A program made the translations under genes and the position numbers. A DNA stretch of 57,414 nt, counting the filler, from Trypethelium eluteriae (lineage: Eukaryota), in assembly GCA_051942245.1 (NCBI GenBank). It is 2 parts of 2 records of this genome, joined end to end, with 100 filler letters (N's around TTAATTAATTAA, not from the genome) between each part and the next. Parts side by side here need not be neighbours in the genome. Positions count along the whole stretch, not along the records: positions 28,782 to 57,414 come from JAVECL010000307.1; 1 more part is not named here. One strand, written 5' to 3'. Below are positions 49,547-57,414 of this stretch, one piece after another. The notes beneath the pieces were generated by a model. That model did no database searches. It was not told the origin of the DNA and saw only the letters and a program-made list of their open reading frames with translations. The stretch's first letter is position 1, and the number at the start of each line of letters is the position of its first letter.

Positions 49547-51031
49547 ATGTCTTCCATACAGCTATACGCGGAGCTGCTCGTCCATATTCGAGCTATAACA
49601 TTCTATGGTGCGCTTCACACAGAACACAATCACGAAACCAAAGTCCAGCTCTCCGCAGACAACGAATGGATAACAGTCAGTCATGAAGGTCAAGCCGCGT
49701 CTATGCGCCTGCCGACCACAGTCGAAGGTGGCGGAAATGCTGCCTTAAAGCTACCAACTGCACCTTCAAAGGACATCACCCTGCGTCTCCAACTCGAAGA
49801 GACTAGTCCCGGTCTTCTGCAACTAGGCAAGCAGCAGAGCGGCAACGTCGAGCCATGGACAGCCAGATCTCTTAGCAAAGAAACAAGCCTATCCTGTTGT
49901 GACTGCGGTCAACTGTTGCTTGACAAAGGTCGAATCCAGACATGGAAAGATCTACCAAGTGAGAACTGGGTAGAGATGATGGAATTTTGGCACTGTCATA
50001 AGCCGGCTATAGAACATCAGCGCGAGAACGGAGATGCGGCTTCTCGCAAGGGCTACTCTGCTTCCAACAAATTACGGGCGTCCACTGAGACCGGCTTTGT
50101 GAATACCGCTCACTTCTTGCTTGCACCTGAAGATTGTTCAGGCATTGAGGCCAAAAAGGTAAGGATCCCATTTCACTCGCAGTGTTAACCTCCATGTATT
50201 CGATGCCCCATCAATCATCGCACGGACGTTGAAAGAAAGAGGGTGTGCCGGATCGCAAGATCACCTTTATTCCACGGCTCCTGCTCTCTGATACTACCCG
50301 TCCAAAAGTAAGCATGGCGATGTGCAGAGATGTATCCTCTGTGGTGCCGCAAGGGCCGCAAGATGGATTGCTCTGTGCGTTTTCCATACCGTCTCTCAGG
50401 TTCATCACTTCGTTCTCGACACTCTGAACAAGCAAGAGCTGGTGGAGATACAAACTTATCAACCTGTCTTTAGTCTAGTAACAACGAATTCAATCTCGTA
50501 CCTTCGAACCCTCCTCTCCATTGTGATTGCTGCAACGCTGAAGTTGGCCGCTCTGACGATAATGCTGAGGGATGGCGGATCTACAAGTGGGCTATTAGTG
50601 TGGCACTTGGTGATAGTACCCGTCGTGTTGCATACCCGTTGGAGAAATGGATATCCTCTTGTGTTCTAGCATACGTCGAAAATGAAAGTATCCGATATTT
50701 TCACATTCACCCTGAGTCAAACAGTCCACAGGCCACATCTTTACTTCTGTGGGTTTTTACCCCCGACATCAGCTTCTCCACTTCTATGAAGGCCGGAGAC
50801 CGGCACGACCCTACTCGCGCCATGAAAGTCATGTGGCAAGCTCGCCCTCATTCTGATGATCAGGACAACCAACTAAGCTTCCGCTACGAGGACATGATCT
50901 TACCCGTGAATGTGGTATCAGATATCAAGCAAGCGCTCCTGGATAGCCAGTATCTACTACCGCCATCTTCTCGTACCTTCAAGGAATGGAGCGTGGGACT
51001 TCTGCCGCGTTTTACAAGCGACGATACATGA
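49547..51031 (+). CDS. HECT-like E2-binding protein (UBE3D/Ipa1 family)
   Basis: LYAELLVHIR, WKDLPSENWVEMMEFWHCHKP, CxxC pairs, LLLWVFTPD, LLPPSSRTFKEWSVGLL; 315-nt intron 50159-50473. Confidence 0.85.
50221..50455 (+). ncRNA. Intronic box H/ACA guide RNA, snR81-like (predicted target U2 snRNA Psi42)
   Basis: Hairpin 1 GGACG/CGTCC with pocket AAAGAA + GATACTAC complementary to U2 GUAGUAUC-UG-UUCUUU; H box AAAGTA 50305-50310; two further hairpins; ACA box 50450-50452. Confidence 0.8.
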
Positions 51032-51714
51032 TCAACGGAGACTACGTCTACAACCCACACACCGTAAAATGGAGAACTCTCAGCAATGTAATGACGCATT
51101 CCAGCGTCATTGTAGGGCACAAGGAAGAGAGGTTGAATAGCACCGCTCCTCGACGGATACTCTGCACGCCAATCTGTTGGGAAGCTCGTTAGTAGGAGTG
51201 CTTATCCGGAGGACGATCGGGAGAATGATGGAAGTCCCTTGATGAGAGATATTCGATGCAAAGATCAATTGGTGCTGGGTAGTAAGTTCGAGCATTACGC
51301 ATTAGATTTGGGCCTGCCTACAATTCAAGCCCCAGCTAACATTTTTGGAGAAAGTGGTGTGATAGCCAAGGATTTGATGGGAAGAGGTATGAATTACGTA
51401 CATTGCTATGAGCTTGGGCTGAATGGGACTCCAGAGATTGTCACTGGCAGGTCGAACTCAATGCATGCTACTTCGCAGATGATTCATGGACGATGCAGGC
51501 AGTCACATAGCACATGTAGAGAACAAGGCTCTCAGGACAAGAGATAAGTGTCGGATTTTGATAACTCCGCTAGTCGCCCTCAAAATAGTCTCAACATTTC
51601 TATGCCGCTTCTATTCATACTGATATTGTTCCCTTAAAATGCTAGAGATAATCCAGAATGCCAGAAGCGAAAATAATTCGATTTACATTATCTATCTAGA
51701 AGACGTTAAAAGTA

Positions 51715-51900
51715 CTTTACCGTGGCTGGGGGGTTCCTCAACTGGTAATCAAAACAATACAATGTTACCTCAGTTTAGCTGTTATGATCATGTTAGCCCG
51801 TGTTAAGGCGGCGTTAACATGAGCCAACAAAGTCATAACAGTATAGTCGGAATAACATTGTATTGACTACCAGTTGAGGAACCCCCCAGCCGCGGTAAGG
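51715..51900. mobile_element. Foldback MITE copy C (186 bp), TA target-site duplication
   Basis: TA|CTTTACCGTGGCTGGGGGGTTCCTCAACTGG...CCAGTTGAGGAACCCCCCAGCCGCGGTAAGG|TA; collinear with copy B. Confidence 0.92.
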
Positions 51901-52301
51901 TACTGTGGAAGTGTGGGTGGTATGGTGGCCGGTATCAAAATCCGACACTTATCTCTGACCCTGAGAGCAAGATTTCTTCACTTAAAATCTACGAAGACTG
52001 TCAAGAACGTGCGACTCAGAACATTACAAAGGCCTGTCATATGTTTGCATTTATCGTGAATGATGTGGGCCTAAATCCAAAATTGTATTCACATACATGT
52101 TCCAAGAAAGTACCTATATGCACTCCAATCCCTGATCATATCGGGAGAAGGGTACGAAAGAGGTCTGACGCGCAGCGTCGGTTCAAAAGTAGGTACAAGA
52201 ATTCAACGCATCTCAAAGCTAAGAATCATGCCTTCATGAGTGGATCTCTCCGTGAGGTGTCCTTTGGGCATGGGACGTGGTTTCCGGAAACAGGTACCAT
52301 T

Positions 52302-52979
52302 CTACCACTGTTTGAGAGCAAGGAGGGAATTCCAGATCTGTTCGCGATCTGCAAGCTCACCCGTCGCTAAGCAGTTTATAACATAGCTTTCGTACCCAGC
52401 GGAATTTAGGGCGTGCATCTCGTCTCGCATACTCATTGGGCATGGACCGCGCTGGCTCGACAGATACCAAGCTGCACTTCCAAAGCTTGTGTCTAAATCT
52501 TGGTTCAAGAGAGCGACGGTATCGCCAGTCGATGCGAGTCCCAGCGCACTTGCATATTTTTCGTTAAATTCAGCAGACTGCATGTTGCGTGTTCCTTTGC
52601 CGGCTACTGGGTCGATAGGACTGTCGTACTCGAAGTTGGAGGATTCGTAGAGGATGGTGGAGACGACGGCGGCCTGGGAACCAAAGGATACGATGCCATA
52701 TTTCTCGAATGAGTTCGCTATAGCGGGAGCAGCCTGGTAGGCGGTTACGCACTGAGGTCCACGGCCTGCACATGAGGCTGTTGCTGGAGCAACTTTGATG
52801 ATGTCCTCAGCGGTGATTTCGCCTGGGGTTGTGTTAGTCGTATCGCTTACTTGCCTTGCGGCAAATTTGTAGCTAATAGACTCACCTGGACCTGCGATAG
52901 AAGGTGTAGGCAAAGCAACGGCAAGTAGCGGAAGCGTCAGGAGCGCATTCATCATAAAGCTCTTCATGATGATTGACAT
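52302..52979 (-). CDS. Secreted conserved fungal protein, possible lysozyme/GH19-like fold
   Basis: Signal peptide MKSFMMNALLTLPLLAVALP; motifs SFEKYGI, LYESSNFEY, GKGTRNMQ, SFGSAAWYL; four Cys. Confidence 0.72.
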   Translation of the reverse strand: MSIIMKSFMMNALLTLPLLAVALPTPSIAGPGESISYKFAARQVSDTTNTTPGEITAEDIIKVAPATASCAGRGPQCVTAYQAAPAIANSFEKYGIVSFGSQAAVVSTILYESSNFEYDSPIDPVAGKGTRNMQSAEFNEKYASALGLASTGDTVALLNQDLDTSFGSAAWYLSSQRGPCPMSMRDEMHALNSAGYESYVINCLATGELADREQIWNSLLALKQW

Positions 52980-53934
52980 AACAGTGGTAGAAATAGGGGT
53001 TGGAAGCTTTGTGAACAAGTTGATCGTGACCAGCGCACTCTGTAAAAATGCTCCAGAAATTGTATATCTTAGAATGCAAAGCAAATGAATGAGCTGAAAA
53101 TATTTCAGACGATGAAGAGACGGACCGGCTCTTAGAATTGACCTTGGAAGGAGTGACTGGCGAAGACGCAGAAAACAATGGCGCTGTGAAGCTCACAGAT
53201 ACCAAAAAACAAGGAAGAGAAAGTACAAAGACTTTTAAAGCCAGATGCGCAGACAAAGGAGTGACAGCTTCCAACCTACCAAGGGGGAGTCAGGCCCCGC
53301 GTTTCTGAAGCAGGCAAAAGCACTGAGCCAGTTGTGAAGGAGAGGTAAAGGGGTTACTGATGATGGCGTGCAAGGGGTTTAAGCAGTGGGGTGATCCTAT
53401 TGGCCTAGAGCCGTCATCGGTCAGTGCGCCTTGAAACACCGACATCTAAACCTGCGACGCGTCCCCACAACCAGCGAACCCGTTTGAAGAAATGCACGAA
53501 TTAGAAGGCTCAGTCGATCTCCGAACCCGCCAGCTGTTTGACGACAACGGGGAAACAACGCTATGCCAACCTGATCCCGTTCCAAGCGAAATGGACAGGA
53601 AACCTCCTCTACTCTTCTCGTATTTCCTCCAACACGTATGCATAGCTCACTCACCAACTTCTCCGTGGAATCGGACGTGTAGCAGCCGCGTTCATATCCG
53701 AATAGTATCTGCAACATTGTGGCGTGCACGGAACTTAATGTTCAGGCCACCCCCATACCGGAGCGCGATGGTACTCTGGAGTCTCGATTTCCGAACGTGC
53801 CCATCAATTCATGTCTTTCTTGCTCCATGTCATGCTAGACGCGACCTGGTATCCAGCAAATTGGAGCGCAGGCTCTTCATCAATCCATCGTTCTGTGATG
53901 CCTATTATCGAGCGTTCGCCAACAGATGGTAACA

Positions 53935-55809
53935 TCAAGGGGAACCTTGACCAGTACTCGGGTTAGAAAGTCGAAAGATCCACTGGCCCTCTTCTTGAGT
54001 AAGCATTGCCCGTCTATCTTCCATCTCGTCGTTTATCGCGTCGCCAGACTCCTTATGTAGTCTCAAAGCTTTACCATGATCACGCACGTGGAGCAGCAGC
54101 AATGCGAGAGCATCATGCTTCCAAGGTGGCGGGGCTTGTTTATAGTATGGCTGCAAGATCGACGTGAATAGAAAAACCAACGAGATAGTCAGCATGGCCA
54201 CCGGGTATGATATCCATACCCAAATCACCTTGATAAAGGGTGCGGACATGTATGAGGTCCCGTTGTAGCGATCCGTCTGGGAGGCGCGCCCTGTCGAGCG
54301 AACATTGTTCGACATGCTTAGTGCGAGCCGTTTGATCCAAGAACCAGGATCAGTCAAAGCAGCATATATAGTTTTTGCTATATCCGACCAGTTCTGGGGA
54401 GGATCAAGTACAGTAACGCTTCCAAGAATCAGGTGCGTTTCAACAAAACTGTTCTGCATAGTCTGATCGTCCACGGAATAGTTTGTTCCACTCTCTTTTG
54501 CAAAAGCGTTGAATTGATTCGGTATGTCCGTAAAGATCACCGGCTCAAAACCGCCGGGGCCTGTTGAAAGATATCCGGGAAGCATTGGCCCACTGGCAGT
54601 TATTCCATTCCATATCCCAACTAAATCCTGCTTCTGATGACCAGACTGCACACTGACTTTGTGTGCTTGCAAGCAATACCACAGCAGACAATTTGATGCT
54701 GTCGCATCGTTCCTGTATAGTTCCATATACGAATAGTTTTGCACGCCAATGATCGTAAATTCGATTATCTGGTTCTGCCATTTAGGCTTGGGTTCGTCAA
54801 CAAGACTGCTGTTAAGGACGTAGCCAAAGTCTGACTGGGAAACGATCATAAGCTGATTATCAGCCGAGCCCAACCCAGTCGACTTTTGGCACTTTACGCG
54901 GAGGAATACATCGTCAGGCTTGTTGATGTATACACTGCAATCAGAGCTGTTCTTGATTTTGGCCACCCTTAAATGTTCTGTGATATCCAGGCAAGCTCCA
55001 CATACTCCCAGGCTTGGCGTTATTGGCCAGGAGCACGTGCCGGTCGGACAAGCTACCGGTAGCTCTGAGTCATTTTGCAGTAGGATACCGTCATATATCG
55101 AAGCCGTGAAATGAAAGTCCGCATACTCTATCCCGTCATAGCTCCTCGAGCCATTATATATTTCAGCCCGGAGTATACTCGGAAGACTCGCGTTATAAGG
55201 ACTTGGTACCAATCGATATTCAACTGAGAGTATCTGTTGGGTAAAGGTTGGAAGCGCAAGGATCATCAGCATCAGCGCAGCACCCAGAGAGGGCAAATGC
55301 CTAGTTCAGAGACCGTTAGCAATCTTACTATGGACTAGTTCTGGAGTAAGATACCATACTTTCAGCCTCCACAGAAGTTTAATACTACCCAGTGGTCCCC
55401 GTGACGCGTCATCAAAGATTTGGAGATCCCGCAGAGGTTGTCCCTCGTATCTCTGTCTCTTTCGTTTTCCCCAAAACCAATCATATTTGCCTTGACTGAT
55501 GCCTTCCGATGCTAGCGCTAAAAGCGCAGACTGTAACAATGTTGCCAATAGTGCGACAAATCCATTGAGACTCAACCAATGGAGCGACCAAGCTGTTTGG
55601 GGTCGTCCACTGAAAGACAACAGGACAGAGATGAGAACTGCGAAAGCTGTCACAACAAGAAAGGCTGTAAACAGTTCCAATTTCCAAGCCAAAATCCGCT
55701 CTGCACGAAGGTTCTTCGAGTTGGCCGAGCAAGTGCCGTTTTCCAGCGACATGTCCGTAGTGGAAGCTTCATAGAGGCGTCGGCTTTTTGCTTTACGCAA
55801 AGAGACCAT
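53935..55809 (-). CDS. DUF3176 membrane protein
   Basis: SLNGFVALLAT, EGISQGKYDWF, DLQIFDDASRGPLGSIKLL, CPTGTCSW, SLGVCGAC, C-terminal TM VIWVWISYP and PWK; intron 55354-55301. Confidence 0.87.
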
Positions 55810-57414
55810 ACCGAAACTGGAGATCTGTAAGTTTCAGAAGGAGCTAAGCAAGGAAAAGCAGAAAAGTAAGTAGAAGTTAAGAGACAGAAACTTGGTTTGC
55901 TGAATGTCCAACTGGTCTCTTTGGCACTTATTATGTCGCAATACCTTCAATTTTTACAAGCGCCGGCCAAACCGCGCTGAAGAAATCCGCAAGCGCTCGA
56001 ATCTATGTTCGTTCAAATCTTGACTGGTCTAGCTAAATTTAGAATCATTGTGCAAAATGAATGGAATTGTTGCAAGTGATACATTGACGCTGAAGCTACA
56101 TGAGCAGAGCGCTTAAGTAAATCATGAAACACTCAGCTTGGCTTGAAGTCATGGTTCATCTGACGCGCGGCTAGATGGGCACGATGGGTTGAGAAGAGCA
56201 GCATCACCCTCTAGCAAGGTATACACACCTGGTTAGAGCAGCTAAGTATGGGCAGTGGAAACATGCAGAAGATCATCTGCTTGTGCAGAACTCGAAACGG
56301 CCATCGACATATTTCTCAGCGCACCTCTGTAACTCTTTATTTTGCTAGTAACGGAAGTAATCATATTGAATCAAGGCTTCCATCTGAAAATTGTGTCACA
56401 GAAAATGATAGAATATCACCAAGAAGCAGATGCACCCTTGATAGATTATCCCTTCTAATAGACCCCACTAGACACTTGGCGATGACGGTACGGATCTTGA
56501 GCTATAACATCAACAGCTCTTTCCCTTGCATCACGCAGTCTGACGGTTGAGGTGGTACTGGGCGCAACGCAGGAATGCGTTTTTAGAGGATCGGCCTCCT
56601 GACCGAGACAAGGCTCAAGCCTCGCAACCCATTACGTTGCTTACCTTGGCACACAACAGAGAAAAAGCAACTGCTACTGTTGTGTTTATAGACAATATGA
56701 GAAGACAAGCGGCCTCGCGGCCACGTAAGCAGCCCACGAAGCAGAGGCCGGAGGAGCGCGCGTCTCGATCGGACCTGAACCACTGCGGCTCATTCGGTTG
56801 TCTGGGCGAGTACGATGCGTAGGGGCAACAAGGATCGCTTCGCGGGCGTACTATGCAAAGTGCAACCGGCTACTGGCAGTACAGCGCCCTCAATGCTGCA
56901 CGGCGGGTGTAGAAGCGCACACATGACGAACAAAATCGTGGCGAGTCGGTCTGAAGGATCGCAATGGTGGTCGCTTCCGCAAGCATGCATGCTACACCTT
57001 TGGAACGAGTCAATGAGAACCAACCGTTCAGCTCGAGTCGGCGACAATTGCTCAGCACCCGTGTACAGGGCAAGGCTTGATGCGCATGTGGCGCCAAACG
57101 TTGGTAGAGACAGGAGGGGCTCTTCTAATCCCGCATGCTCAATGTATGTAGAAGCGTTCCGCCAAAGCGTGGCTAGTGCGAGGCTCAGCCACCTGCGCGC
57201 GATCCTTCACCGATGATTAGAAACGGTTTGCTGCATCACTTTCCGGTGAATGATCAGCCAAGGGTGCAGGAGTACGAGGGCGCGAATAGCAACGCGGATG
57301 GCTGCGCGAATAGCTATGCGAAAAGCAGCAGGGGACGTGGGAGGAAAGGAGGGGCACGGGGGCATCGAGAGAGAAGACTCACCGACTAGAGCACTGGGGA
57401 TGGCACAGAGAGGC

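Noticed and set aside
56248..57414. ORFs and short GCGAATAGC repeats at the right end
   Set aside because: No protein motifs; only 2-3 short imperfect copies
1..57414. tRNA/rRNA genes and secondary-metabolite cluster
   Set aside because: No cloverleaf or rRNA sequence and no PKS/NRPS/terpene backbone gene recognised by eye

Overview
A gene-dense segment of a filamentous ascomycete (Pezizomycotina) nuclear genome, with short GT-AG introns and CTRAY branch sites. About 23 protein-coding genes are recognisable. Housekeeping genes include OSH3, MRC1, COQ7, RTF1, the SLA1 3' end, borealin-N, RPN10, TRS23, a UBE2Z-like E2, ERG26 and an IPA1/UBE3D-like gene. Accessory genes include a CE16 esterase, a metallo-beta-lactamase, three F-box-like/DUF7730 genes, a GST, an NB-ARC/TPR NLR and DUF3176. 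An artificial 100-nt gap linker lies at 28682-28781. The ORF track misses several features. (1) A TATA-preceded unit at about 25.6-26.3 kb carries a 5' hairpin and an array of six small pseudoknot-capable repeats, or alternatively encodes an 86-aa repeat peptide. (2) An intron-encoded three-hairpin H/ACA RNA has a first pocket matching U2 snRNA Psi42 (snR81-like). (3) A family of about 180-bp TA-flanked foldback MITEs shows compensatory changes between arms. (4) A decayed copy of the splicing factor YJU2/CWC16 is present. (5) There is a 5-exon CYSTM gene, a GC-AG intron and an intron-split start codon. All family assignments come from motif recognition, not database searches.
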